DNA of 64,000 bases, from assembly GCA_003212625.1 (NCBI GenBank), contig QCPI01000003.1:5747-69746 (forward strand). The letters run 5' to 3'. Under the pieces are notes generated by a model. That model was not told the origin of the DNA and did no database searches. It saw only the letters and a program-made list of their open reading frames with translations. Source of the stretch: Prochlorococcus sp. AG-436-J02. GTDB lineage: Bacteria; Cyanobacteriota; Cyanobacteriia; PCC-6307; Cyanobiaceae. How positions within the stretch are numbered: position 1 is the first letter of the stretch; every line of letters starts with the position of its first letter. A program made the translations under genes and the position numbers. Of this stretch, positions 10,985 to 21,346 are shown piece by piece.

Positions 10985-12546
10985 ATTTTCTTTTTCCAAT
11001 CTAATGGAGAAATTAAAGGGAATATAGAATCCTCTTTTTCTATTTTCTCTAGAATTTTGTTGTCAATAACCTTGTTGTCTTTAATTGAATTGATTAATAT
11101 CCAAAACCTTTTTATATGCAAATCTATTCTTTCTCTTGCAAGCTCGGTTGTTGTGCCCGCTTTTAGAATGAAACTCCAATCTGACGATTGCGATAAAAGA
11201 AGTTCTCTTGCCGCTTGTTTAATGATTTTGATATTTGATTCGTTTTGGATGCCTTTCGAACAAATATTTATCATCGCTCTCCCAGCCTTACTCCATTGAT
11301 GCACAATCCATGCATTTGATTCATTTAACCAATAATTATGAAAACCGCCTTGTCCCCAACTTGATGGTGAGGGATTGCAAAGTTGTATTTGGGATTTTAG
11401 TTGAAGAGCCTCTTTTAGCGTGATTAATTTAATACCTTCCTTTTTAGATTTCATAAATAATTGGGAGATGAATTGCGGCCCTTCAAACCACCAATGTCCA
11501 AAAAGCTCTGCATCGAAAGGAGCGATTAATAATGGTTCTATTTTCATTGATTTCTCAAGTTTTATAAGTTGTTCTTTCCTCTTCTTTAAATAATGCTCTG
11601 CATCTTTTTCTACCCTTTCTTGAGCCGCTTGTGGGTTATATGGTTGTTTGTTTTCTAAAGATGTACTTTTTGAAGTGATTTTAAATAATTTAATTCCTAA
11701 TGGTCTTTTTTCCTGTATTCCTATCTTTTTTAGATTTTCGATAGATAAATCCCAACCTAAGTCTCTGTGGAATTCTCTGTAGTTTGGATTTCCTGGATAT
11801 CCATCCCTTGCAGACCAAACTGGAAGAGTTGATTCACTATCCCTACCAAAAAAAGCTACTCCTTTTTTAGTGCAAATAGGTGCGTATAAACCATATCTGG
11901 GCCTTGGATCTGCATTCAACAAGCCATGTCCATCAAGGACAGCATATCTAAGTCCTGATTCAGCTATTATTATATCTAAGCCTTCGTAATAAGCACATTC
12001 AGGCAACCAAATACCCAAAGGCGAGTTTTTAAAAAGACGTTTATGTTCTCTAACGGCAGTTTTTAATTGAGCTCTTACGGTTTCAGGATTCTCTCTTAAA
12101 AGAGGAAGATATCCATGAGTGGCTGCACAAGTAAGAATATCAATCACTTCTGATATTTGTAATTTGTCAAACCTTCCAATTAAATCCCCTCGACAATTCT
12201 TCCAGCTTTTTAATTGGCGTTTTAAGTGATCTGTAAGGTGAAGAGCTGCTTTTATATTGTCTGCTTGTAATGAGTTGAGAATTTCTAGTCTTAGTTCTAC
12301 CCATTTTCTAAAGCGGGTTTTTAATACTTCATCTTCTAATAGGGAAAGCAAAGTAGGCGATAGTCCTATTGTGAGTTTAGGCGCCTGATTATTTGATATA
12401 GAGGCTTCTTCAAGGATCTCTAAAAGTGGTAAATAGCATTCGACTAGCGCTTGAAAGAACCAATCTTCCTCTAGTGAACCAGGTTCCTCTGACCTTACGT
12501 AAGGTAGATGAGCATGCAGGACTATGGCGAGATTGCCTTTAGTCAT
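10981..12546 (-). CDS. Glycoside hydrolase family 57 protein (DUF1957; branching-enzyme type)
   Basis: LHAHLPYV, ATHGYLP, GIWLPECAY, PFDAELFGHWWFEG, QSSDW. Confidence 0.9.
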   Translation of the reverse strand: MTKGNLAIVLHAHLPYVRSEEPGSLEEDWFFQALVECYLPLLEILEEASISNNQAPKLTIGLSPTLLSLLEDEVLKTRFRKWVELRLEILNSLQADNIKAALHLTDHLKRQLKSWKNCRGDLIGRFDKLQISEVIDILTCAATHGYLPLLRENPETVRAQLKTAVREHKRLFKNSPLGIWLPECAYYEGLDIIIAESGLRYAVLDGHGLLNADPRPRYGLYAPICTKKGVAFFGRDSESTLPVWSARDGYPGNPNYREFHRDLGWDLSIENLKKIGIQEKRPLGIKLFKITSKSTSLENKQPYNPQAAQERVEKDAEHYLKKRKEQLIKLEKSMKIEPLLIAPFDAELFGHWWFEGPQFISQLFMKSKKEGIKLITLKEALQLKSQIQLCNPSPSSWGQGGFHNYWLNESNAWIVHQWSKAGRAMINICSKGIQNESNIKIIKQAARELLLSQSSDWSFILKAGTTTELARERIDLHIKRFWILINSIKDNKVIDNKILEKIEKEDSIFPLISPLDWKKKI

Positions 12547-12861
12547 TAAAAATTCCAGAGTGTTTGATTTGAACCTTGGATACTTATACTCTTTAGATGC
12601 ATGAGAAAAGTTAAACTTTAAGTCATAATGTAAATCTAGTAAAATTAGTTAGTAAAAAATTAGTCTTTTAGTAACTAAAAATTTTTATTTTTAATTTGAT
12701 ATTAAATCTTTTATATTCACTATTTTAAAAAAAATATTAAACTATCAAATAAATAGTTAGAAACTTAATAGTTTTTGTAGAAATTAGAGTTATTTATACT
12801 ATAATTTTTTTTAATTACTATAGATCTTAAGAAGATCTAATTATTCTTTTATATTTTTGTC

Positions 12862-14481
12862 ATGGCCAAAGATCCAGGCCGAGTTTTAATTTTTGATACC
12901 ACGCTAAGAGATGGGGAACAATCTCCTGGAGCTAGTCTTAATTTAGAAGAAAAGTTAGCTATAGCTCAACAATTAGCAAGATTAGGTGTGGATGTTATTG
13001 AGGCAGGATTTCCTTTCGCCAGTTCTGGAGATTTTGCTGCAGTTCAGAAAATTGCTGAGCAAGTAGGTGGTGAAGAAGGACCTATTATATGTGGACTATC
13101 AAGAGCCTCAAAACCTGATATAAAGGCTTGTGCTGACGCTATTTCCCCAGCTCCAAAAAAGAGGATTCATACCTTTATCGCAACAAGTGACATTCATCTC
13201 GAACATAAATTAAGGAAATCAAGAAAAGAAGTCCTTCATATTGTCCCAGATATGGTTGGCTATGCTAAAAGTTTCGTCGATGATGTCGAATTTTCCTGTG
13301 AAGATGCCGCAAGAAGTGATTTAGATTTTTTGTATGAAGTAATTGAATTAGCAATATCTTCAGGAGCTAATACGATAAATATTCCTGATACAGTTGGTTA
13401 CACTACACCTTCTGAATTTGGAGATTTGATATTAAACATTAATAAACATGTCCCAAATATTAATGAAGCAGTTCTCTCGGTTCATGGACACAATGATTTA
13501 GGATTAGCTGTTGCAAATTTCCTTGAGGCAGTAAAAAATGGAGCAAGACAGCTTGAATGTACTATTAATGGAATTGGGGAAAGAGCAGGTAATGCTGCTT
13601 TAGAAGAATTAGTTATGGCTCTTCATGTAAGAAGATCATATTTTAATCCTTTTTTTGGAAGGTCTCCTGAATCTCCAACCCCCTTAACTGCAATCAGAAC
13701 AGACGAAATAACAAAATCCTCTCGTTTAGTTTCAAATTTAACTGGTATGGTCGTTCAGCCCAACAAAGCAATTGTTGGAGCAAATGCCTTCGCTCATGAA
13801 TCTGGAATCCATCAAGACGGAGTGTTAAAAAATAGACTTACCTATGAAATTATTGAAGCAAAAACAGTTGGGTTGTCTGACAATAAAATTTCTTTAGGAA
13901 AATTAAGTGGTAGGAGTGCTGTTCGAGCTAGGTTAGAAGATCTTGGATATGATTTAAGTAGAGAAGATCTTAATGATGCTTTCGCTAGATTTAAAGACTT
14001 AGCTGATAGGAAAAGAGAAATAACTGATCGGGATCTAGAGGCAATTGTTAGCGAACAAGTTCAACTCCCTGAAGCTTTGTACCAATTGAAATTGGTACAA
14101 GTTAGTTGCGGAACATCTTTAATGCCTACTGCAACAGTAACGATTGTTGGAGAAGAAGGAGAGGAAAAGACCTCTGTATCACTTGGAACAGGTCCTGTTG
14201 ATGCAGTTGTAAGAGCATTGGATTCATTAACTGAAGAACCTAATGAGTTAATTGAATTCTCTGTAAAGTCTGTTACTGAAGGAATAGATGCTTTAGGTGA
14301 AGTAACGATTCGAATAAGAAGAGATGGGAATCTTTTCTCTGGTCATTCTGCTGATACTGATGTAGTTGTTGCCGCTGCACAAGCATATATTAATGCTATT
14401 AATAGGCTTGTAGCTGCTGAGGGAAGGAAGTCCATTCATCCCCAACATGATTTAGCTCAGTCATACAAAAAAGGAGTTTAA
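12862..14481 (+). CDS. leuA: 2-isopropylmalate synthase
   Basis: [40 protein letters not shown]-terminal regulatory domain. Confidence 0.97.
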   Translation: MAKDPGRVLIFDTTLRDGEQSPGASLNLEEKLAIAQQLARLGVDVIEAGFPFASSGDFAAVQKIAEQVGGEEGPIICGLSRASKPDIKACADAISPAPKKRIHTFIATSDIHLEHKLRKSRKEVLHIVPDMVGYAKSFVDDVEFSCEDAARSDLDFLYEVIELAISSGANTINIPDTVGYTTPSEFGDLILNINKHVPNINEAVLSVHGHNDLGLAVANFLEAVKNGARQLECTINGIGERAGNAALEELVMALHVRRSYFNPFFGRSPESPTPLTAIRTDEITKSSRLVSNLTGMVVQPNKAIVGANAFAHESGIHQDGVLKNRLTYEIIEAKTVGLSDNKISLGKLSGRSAVRARLEDLGYDLSREDLNDAFARFKDLADRKREITDRDLEAIVSEQVQLPEALYQLKLVQVSCGTSLMPTATVTIVGEEGEEKTSVSLGTGPVDAVVRALDSLTEEPNELIEFSVKSVTEGIDALGEVTIRIRRDGNLFSGHSADTDVVVAAAQAYINAINRLVAAEGRKSIHPQHDLAQSYKKGV

Positions 14482-14614
14482 AATCATTAAACTGCTTATT
14501 ATCAAAGTTTTTTATATAAATAGATTATTTTTCCGTAAATATTTTTTAGAAGAATCGTCTTAAGCTCTTAATTAAAGATTAATATGTTTGTGACGATTTG
14601 ATATGCGCACATAA

Positions 14615-14854
14615 ATGATTTTAAAAAGAACCCTTTATAGACTTACGGGTCTAGATGGTGCTCCTCATCATGTACTTGACGCCCCCTATGAAAGTATTGA
14701 TGCAGCTCTTGTAGCAGCAAAAGTTTGGTGCAATGGTCAAGGATTGAGTTGCAAAATTCAAGATCGAGGTATAGGGGTAGAAGTGCTTACAGCTAATGGA
14801 ACTTGGAGAACAGTTTGTTATCCATCTAATTGTTTGCAAGTTTCTCTTGCCTAA
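14615..14854 (+). CDS. Small hypothetical protein (79 aa)
   Basis: ATG-started ORF with protein-like composition filling the gap after leuA; no motif recognised. Confidence 0.7.
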   Translation: MILKRTLYRLTGLDGAPHHVLDAPYESIDAALVAAKVWCNGQGLSCKIQDRGIGVEVLTANGTWRTVCYPSNCLQVSLA

Positions 14855-14908
14855 AATATTTATTGGTATCTAGCTTATGTTTTTTTCTAAGATTTTAATT
14901 TTTTAAAA

Positions 14909-15298
14909 ATGGGATTAGGACTGCGCGGATACTGGACACTTACTTGGTTTGGTTTAATTTCAAATACACTTGCAATCCCTTTTATTGCATATGTTGTTGC
15001 ATCTGGACCTCCTCTTCAAACTGCAAATATAACCCTAGCTGTGAGTCTCGCTTGGCCAGCTGCAGTGACTGGTATTGTTGCTTCAGCAGGTTTATTTGCT
15101 CAACGGGGATGGGGGGTGATTTTATCAATAGTTGCTTTATCCATGACTCTTTCTGGCACCTTGCCTTATGGAATAATTAGATTAATTAGAGTGCATGATA
15201 TTTTTGGTATTAGTGGCTTATCATTACTTATTGCCTTGCTGAATTTATTAGCTTTACTTTATTGGTGTAGGCGTGGACATAGAAGGATTAGGCTTTAA
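14909..15298 (+). CDS. Hypothetical membrane protein (about 4 TM)
   Basis: 129-aa ORF with four hydrophobic segments and a basic C-terminus. Confidence 0.75.
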   Translation: MGLGLRGYWTLTWFGLISNTLAIPFIAYVVASGPPLQTANITLAVSLAWPAAVTGIVASAGLFAQRGWGVILSIVALSMTLSGTLPYGIIRLIRVHDIFGISGLSLLIALLNLLALLYWCRRGHRRIRL

Positions 15299-15333
15299 TT
15301 AATTAAATATTTCAATTCATTATTATAATTTCT

Positions 15334-17433
15334 CTACCTTGAATTAAAGCTGGGATATTTTAATCTTCTATGTCGCATCCTTCTCCATACAGAGACAAAG
15401 GCTCTAAGTATTATTTCTATTTCGGCCCTTGTAAGGCTACTTTCTTTTAATTGGCCATCAAGCTGACGAGATTGAATTATTTTCCTAACTGTTTTGCATG
15501 CATTTTCATCTGATGATGAACCGTCTAGAGATCTCAATGCCGCCTCACAGCCATCAGCTAGCATGAGAATTCCAGTCTCTTTTGAGTGAGGAATAGGTCC
15601 TTTATATCTGAAACGTTTTTCTGAGGCAGAAGGATCATTTTCTCTGGCTTTATGTAGGAAATATCCCATTTTCAAAGTTCCTTGATGTTCTGGGATGAAA
15701 TCAGCAATAGCTGATGGCAGACGATATCTTCTTGCAAGCCTTAATCCTTCATCTACATGAGCTTGAAGAATATCTGCACTTTTATATGGATTTTTTATTT
15801 CTTCATGTGGATTTATTCCATCTTTTTGATTTTCAATAAACCAATTGGGAGCATGCAATTTCCCTACGTCATGGTAAAGAGCTCCAGTTCTGATTAAATC
15901 AACATCAGCGCCGATCACTCTGGCACCTTCTTCTGCGAGACTTACAATCGTCAGAGTATGCTCGAATGTGCCAGGTGCTTCTCTAGATAAGCGTCGAAGT
16001 AATGGACGTTCTTGATCAGCGAGTTCCATTAATCTTGCTCGAGTAAGTAAACCAAATGTATTTTCTAATATAGGAATAATTAATATTGTCACCATTAAAA
16101 TTGCACTAATAATAAGTGTCTCGTTAAAAAGAGAATTAGGGTCAAAGGATAGGTTGTTAAATTCTATATTTTTTGCTTTAATCACTTGATTAAAAATAAA
16201 CCATTGTCCTAATAGTGCACCAAAAGGTATAAAGACAGCTATTTGAAGGATTTGAGCGCGGCTTCTCATCCTTCTTCCTAAAAAGGCAATAAATGCACCA
16301 GCAATACAAGCAATTATTAGTTTAACTTCACTTGTTACATAGACATCCGTTGGCCAAATTAGGCTAGCAGCTGCCATCCAAGCTAACGATGTTTGAGTCC
16401 CTATACCTTGGGAAAGAAGTAGTGTGGGGGGTAATATTAATTGTAGTGGACTTGCAAGTGGTCCAAGCCAATCTTTTGTTAGTTGAACTAATAGTAATAA
16501 AGTTAAAGAAAGTAATCCATGCCTTGCTTTTAGACGAGGCTTTTCTCTTCTCATTATCATAAGGAGTAATCCACAGCATCCCAAGGCTTCTGAAAAAGTT
16601 ATTAACCATTTCAATGGTCTAGGGCTTCTACTTACCTTGTTAAAATGGTCTAAAATATCAAAATCTTGTGTGCTTATTATTTGCCCTTTTTTTGTTATTA
16701 GGCTGCCTTCCTTGACCTTTATTTTATTCATATTATCTTTGTTGATTAAATTTTCAAGTAATTTATTTGTTTTTAATAAGTCAACTTTTAAATTACTTTT
16801 TTGATAGAAACTATTCGATAATATCTTTGCACCTAGTGATCTACTTGGAGAGTCTTTTTTACCTAGATCAATTAATTGTATTGATGAAGCTTCTTTTAAT
16901 TGCTCAAGAGCAAGTGTATTTATAATTCCTTGTGAAAGCATTTTTTTTGAAGCTTTTTTTATATCTTCTCTCCATATTTCTAATTCACTTTCAGAAGTTT
17001 TAATTAACCAGTTTTTTTCTGAATTGGATAAATTTATACTACTTATATTTCCATCAATGCTAGGATTTTTTAATGTACGAAGTATTTTAATTTGGTTTAA
17101 AACAATTTTTTCTAAATTCTCAGATTGATTTTTATCTATAACTTGTACAAAACTCTCTTTTAAACCTTTTTTCTGTTCTTTTAATGCCTGCGTATCAATT
17201 ACTATTGCATCTTTAGGTGCTATCTCATTGAATGGAGCGACATCACCTGGCTTTAGATCTGGAACGGCAAGTAACTTATAACTTGAAAATATTGCTACTA
17301 ATATGCAGACCAGTAGTAGACCTAATTTGTCAGTGGATGACCAGCGAAGTATTGGGCGCCTGGGAGACTGACTCCCTAACCATATTCTCCAGATTTTCTT
17401 TGGACTTGGTAATTTAGCCACTGACTTTTTCAC
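15334..17433 (-). CDS. 7TM-HD (HDIG) phosphohydrolase, PgpH-like c-di-AMP phosphodiesterase candidate
   Basis: N-terminal TM, extracytoplasmic domain, multi-TM block, then APGTFEH, LYHDVGK, EHQGT, RYKGP.P, MLADG. Confidence 0.88.
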   Translation of the reverse strand: MKKSVAKLPSPKKIWRIWLGSQSPRRPILRWSSTDKLGLLLVCILVAIFSSYKLLAVPDLKPGDVAPFNEIAPKDAIVIDTQALKEQKKGLKESFVQVIDKNQSENLEKIVLNQIKILRTLKNPSIDGNISSINLSNSEKNWLIKTSESELEIWREDIKKASKKMLSQGIINTLALEQLKEASSIQLIDLGKKDSPSRSLGAKILSNSFYQKSNLKVDLLKTNKLLENLINKDNMNKIKVKEGSLITKKGQIISTQDFDILDHFNKVSRSPRPLKWLITFSEALGCCGLLLMIMRREKPRLKARHGLLSLTLLLLVQLTKDWLGPLASPLQLILPPTLLLSQGIGTQTSLAWMAAASLIWPTDVYVTSEVKLIIACIAGAFIAFLGRRMRSRAQILQIAVFIPFGALLGQWFIFNQVIKAKNIEFNNLSFDPNSLFNETLIISAILMVTILIIPILENTFGLLTRARLMELADQERPLLRRLSREAPGTFEHTLTIVSLAEEGARVIGADVDLIRTGALYHDVGKLHAPNWFIENQKDGINPHEEIKNPYKSADILQAHVDEGLRLARRYRLPSAIADFIPEHQGTLKMGYFLHKARENDPSASEKRFRYKGPIPHSKETGILMLADGCEAALRSLDGSSSDENACKTVRKIIQSRQLDGQLKESSLTRAEIEIILRAFVSVWRRMRHRRLKYPSFNSR

Positions 17434-17490
17434 CTACTTCTAACGCTAGGTTTAATGCGTTGATTAATTGCAATTGAATTCATTTTATTT

Positions 17491-18402
17491 ATGCCCAACA
17501 TTTTAGATGGAAAAAAACTTGCTCAGGAAATAGAGCTGATACTTCAACAGGCTATCCAAAGTGGATCGGAAGTTGCGAACCGTCCTCCAGGACTTGCTGT
17601 ACTTAGGGTAGGGAACGATCCTGCTAGTGGAGTTTATGTCAATTACAAGGAGAAAGCATGCAATCGAATAGGTGTTAGAAGTTTTGCAAAGCATGTAAAA
17701 GAAGATATTGCATTGGAAGAACTTTTAGAAATAATTCAAAGCTTTAATCAAGATAAAAACGTGGATGGAATTTTATTGCAACTTCCATTACCGTCCCACC
17801 TTGATGAGGCTTCTTTGCTTAGGAGTATTGATCCTGATAAGGATGCTGATGGATTACACCCCATGAATCTTGGAAGATTAATTAAGGGTGAAAAAGGACC
17901 AAGATCATGCACTCCTGCTGGAGTAATGGCTCTGTTAGAAAAGAATGAAATAACAATCGAAGGTAAAAGAGCAGTAGTGGTTGGGCGTAGTATTCTTGTG
18001 GGTAAGCCAATGGCTTTAATGCTTGAGGCTGCAAATGCGACTGTTACAGTCGCTCATTCAAGAACTAAAGATTTACCCTCTTTAACTAGGCAGGCTGATT
18101 TACTTGTTGTAGCAGCGGGTAAGCCCAATTTGATAGGGAAAAATCATGTAAGTGATAATTGTGTTGTTGTTGATGTTGGCATTCATAGGCTTCCCACTGA
18201 TCCAAAAAATTTGAGAGAGACCAAAAAAGACAAACTTTGTGGAGATGTAAAGATATTTGAAATTGAAGATAAAGTAGCGGCTTATTCCCCTGTTCCTGGT
18301 GGTGTAGGTCCTATGACAGTAACAATGCTTCTAGCAAATACAGTTGACCGGTGGCAGAAACATTGTGGATTACCTTTAACTATTAGTCATTTACTTCCAT
18401 GA
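17491..18402 (+). CDS. folD: Methylenetetrahydrofolate dehydrogenase/cyclohydrolase
   Basis: [33 protein letters not shown]. Confidence 0.96.
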   Translation: MPNILDGKKLAQEIELILQQAIQSGSEVANRPPGLAVLRVGNDPASGVYVNYKEKACNRIGVRSFAKHVKEDIALEELLEIIQSFNQDKNVDGILLQLPLPSHLDEASLLRSIDPDKDADGLHPMNLGRLIKGEKGPRSCTPAGVMALLEKNEITIEGKRAVVVGRSILVGKPMALMLEAANATVTVAHSRTKDLPSLTRQADLLVVAAGKPNLIGKNHVSDNCVVVDVGIHRLPTDPKNLRETKKDKLCGDVKIFEIEDKVAAYSPVPGGVGPMTVTMLLANTVDRWQKHCGLPLTISHLLP

Positions 18403-18444
18403 ATCACAATGTCCTGAGAGAATTGAAAGGAATCGATTTTTTGC

Positions 18445-19344
18445 ATGCAGGAAGCAATCGCTTCTTTTGACTTCGCTGACTATCTAGAGAAATCTAGAGC
18501 TCGCGTTGAAGATGCGCTAGATGCGTCTCTGGGCCCTGAAAAGCCCGAAAAACTAAGAGAATCTATGCGCTATTCTCTTTTGGCGGGGGGTAAAAGATTA
18601 AGACCGATACTTTGTCTTGCTGCTTGCGAACTTGCTGGGGGTGAGGTCAAAAAAGCTCTACCGACAGCTGTAGCGCTCGAAATGATTCACACAATGTCTC
18701 TTATCCATGACGACTTACCCTCAATGGATAATGACGATCTTCGTAGAGGGCGTCCTACAAATCACAAAGTCTATGGTGATGCTGTAGCTATTCTTGCTGG
18801 AGACGCGCTTTTGACTAGAGCTTTTGAGATGGTATCAATACGGACCGAAGGCATTCCATCAGAAAGACTTTTGAAAGTGGTAGGTGAGCTTTCATTGGTT
18901 GCAGGTGCTCCTGGATTGGTTGGAGGACAAGTTGTTGATCTTGACTGTGAGGGGAAGGAAGTGGATTTAGAAACTTTAGAGTATATTCATCTTCATAAAA
19001 CCGGAGCTCTACTTAAGGCATGTGTTACCTGTGGAGCATTAATTGGTGGAGCTGATGAGAAGCTTTTGGAAGCATTAAGAGTTTATGCGAGAGGGATTGG
19101 ATTGGCATTTCAAATAATTGATGACATTCTTGATGTAACTGCAAGTAGTGAAATATTGGGTAAAACAGCTGGAAAGGATTTAATTGCTGACAAGACTACT
19201 TATCCCAAATTACTTGGTCTTGATGAATCAAGAAGGAGAGCAGATCTCTTAGTCGCTCAAGCGAAAAACGCTCTTGAACCTTGGCCTGATAAATCACAAC
19301 CACTTATTGCATTGGCTGAATACATTACGAACAGAGATAGATGA
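18445..19344 (+). CDS. crtE: Geranylgeranyl diphosphate synthase
   Basis: [41 protein letters not shown]. Confidence 0.94.
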   Translation: MQEAIASFDFADYLEKSRARVEDALDASLGPEKPEKLRESMRYSLLAGGKRLRPILCLAACELAGGEVKKALPTAVALEMIHTMSLIHDDLPSMDNDDLRRGRPTNHKVYGDAVAILAGDALLTRAFEMVSIRTEGIPSERLLKVVGELSLVAGAPGLVGGQVVDLDCEGKEVDLETLEYIHLHKTGALLKACVTCGALIGGADEKLLEALRVYARGIGLAFQIIDDILDVTASSEILGKTAGKDLIADKTTYPKLLGLDESRRRADLLVAQAKNALEPWPDKSQPLIALAEYITNRDR

Positions 19345-19856
19345 GTATCACCCCATCTTCAGAATTTCAATTGATTTATATTCTTGATAATGCTGTTTTG
19401 TCATGGGGGCTCGCAGCATGCGGCATTGCTCAATTTTCTAAATTATTATTCGAGTTGATTTTTAAGCAAAGATGGCGACCCTCAGTACTTATAGAAACAG
19501 GAGGTATGCCTTCAAGTCATTCAGCGTTAGTTACAGCAACTGCTGCTGGAGTTGGACTTCAGCTTGGTTTTGATGATCCTTTATTTGCGTTTGCTTCAAT
19601 AATTGCTTTTATTGTGATGTACGATGCTTCAGGGATTAGAAGATCTGCGGGATTGACCGCTGCAAAAGTCAATCAGATTGTTAAAAGTAATTCCAATGAA
19701 TCATCCACCGAAACTACTTTAAAAGAATCTTTGGGTCATACTAAGGTAGAGGTATTAGTGGGAAGTCTTCTAGGACCTACTGTGGCTTTGCCAGGTATTT
19801 TATTTATTGGATCACCTTTGCATCTTTTGCAAATGATTGGATTAGTTTCTGTGTGA
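19341..19856 (+). CDS. Divergent PAP2 family membrane protein (DUF212)
   Basis: [28 protein letters not shown]. Confidence 0.9.
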   Translation: MSITPSSEFQLIYILDNAVLSWGLAACGIAQFSKLLFELIFKQRWRPSVLIETGGMPSSHSALVTATAAGVGLQLGFDDPLFAFASIIAFIVMYDASGIRRSAGLTAAKVNQIVKSNSNESSTETTLKESLGHTKVEVLVGSLLGPTVALPGILFIGSPLHLLQMIGLVSV

Positions 19857-21313
19857 AAGAAGTAGTAACAAATGAAGATAATGTTGTCTTAACTAAGGAT
19901 CAAGAAAAATCGCTTGAATTATTTTGTGAATGGTTGAATACTCCATATTCTTTTAAACCTTTTGTAATGAAGGGTTTTGCTGGCAGTGGAAAAACATATT
20001 TATCGATGAAATTATTAAAAAAGGTCGATGATTTAGGTTTGTGTTGGACTGTAGTTGCGCCTACTCATAAAGCTGTAGGCGTATTAAGAGAGGGGCTGAA
20101 AAATGAATCGATTCAACCAACATGGTTCCCCTCTACTATTCATCGTTTGCTTCGGCTTAAGATGAAAAGACAGGCGGATGCAGAGATATGTGAAAAAACA
20201 GATCAAACTGAGAGCTCTTTAGAGAATTTAGGACTTGTCTTAATTGATGAAGCATCAATGATCGACTCCAAATTATTGGAGATCACTCTTGAGTGCGCGA
20301 GATGCAATTCGACACGTTTGGTTTTTGTTGGAGATCCTGCGCAACTTCCCCCAGTTGGAGAAAGCTTTAGTTCAGTTTTTTTAATGAAACGAGCTGTACA
20401 CACTGAACTTAAGGAAGTAGTGCGTCATCAAGGACCTGTTCTTAAATTGGCAAAAATTATCAGAGATGGACAAATACCTTTTGATCAGCCGCCAATATTT
20501 CCAATTGTTAATTCTAAGAAAGGTAATGTTGGAATATTAGATAGAAATAATTGGCTAGAAAAAGCTAAATTAGCATTAAAATTTTCTTCATTAAAGGATG
20601 ATCATGACAGAGCAAGAATATTGTGCTACACGAATAGAATTGTTGATAATTTAGTCCCTCATGCAAGAAGGGCTATTCATGGTGATATGGCAGATCAATA
20701 TCAAGTTTTACCAGGTGAAGTTTTAATAAGTCGTAAGGCTGTAATGGTTAATGCTTCGTTAAATGAAAATGAGCTAGGAGATGAGCCAGATATTTTGATT
20801 AGTTCAAATAGAGAGATGATTGTAGAAGATGTAATCCCAAATAGTTTTGATTTGGATTCTTTAAGAAGCTATCAAGATTTTGAATATTCAATGCCTAAAA
20901 TTGAAACACAGGTAGCTAAGGTAACTTGTGATCAAAAAGAATTTTCTTTGAGATTAATACCTGAAATAGGCTCTAAATCTCGTGTTGATTTAGACTTTTC
21001 TTTGAATGAATTGAGCAAAAAAGCTAGAGAGAGAGGAAAGACAAATAGTAGTTCAATATGGAAACTTTTCTTTTTTATAAGAGATTCATTTGCTTCTTTA
21101 GGTCCTGCTTCTGTCCTTACAATTCATAGGAGTCAAGGAAGTACTTTCGGAGAGGTTTTTATAACTTCCGATGTTTTTTGGCCTAAAGATCTTCAATTTA
21201 GAAAGCGGCTTTTATATGTGGCTGTAAGCAGAGCTAGTAAAGGAGTATGGATTGTTGGTAATAATACAAAAAAAACAAATCAAGTTCTTTTAGAGAAATT
21301 ATTAATTGAGTAG
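19853..21313 (+). CDS. SF1B DNA helicase, Dda/RecD-like
   Basis: GFAGSGKT, APTHKA, TIHRLL, IDEASM, GDPAQLPPV, TIHRSQGSTF, YVAVSRA. Confidence 0.88.
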   Translation: MKEVVTNEDNVVLTKDQEKSLELFCEWLNTPYSFKPFVMKGFAGSGKTYLSMKLLKKVDDLGLCWTVVAPTHKAVGVLREGLKNESIQPTWFPSTIHRLLRLKMKRQADAEICEKTDQTESSLENLGLVLIDEASMIDSKLLEITLECARCNSTRLVFVGDPAQLPPVGESFSSVFLMKRAVHTELKEVVRHQGPVLKLAKIIRDGQIPFDQPPIFPIVNSKKGNVGILDRNNWLEKAKLALKFSSLKDDHDRARILCYTNRIVDNLVPHARRAIHGDMADQYQVLPGEVLISRKAVMVNASLNENELGDEPDILISSNREMIVEDVIPNSFDLDSLRSYQDFEYSMPKIETQVAKVTCDQKEFSLRLIPEIGSKSRVDLDFSLNELSKKARERGKTNSSSIWKLFFFIRDSFASLGPASVLTIHRSQGSTFGEVFITSDVFWPKDLQFRKRLLYVAVSRASKGVWIVGNNTKKTNQVLLEKLLIE

Positions 21314-21346
21314 TTTAAGTAAACTTGATTTTAGTTTGGATTTATT

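Noticed and set aside
14587-14612. TGTGA...GCACA as a CRP-type site upstream of the 79-aa ORF
   Set aside because: The half-site spacing is far longer than the 6 bp required.
19853-21313. Helicase as part of an anti-phage defence system
   Set aside because: It has no partner nuclease or other defence genes and is flanked by housekeeping genes; kept only as a stand-alone finding.
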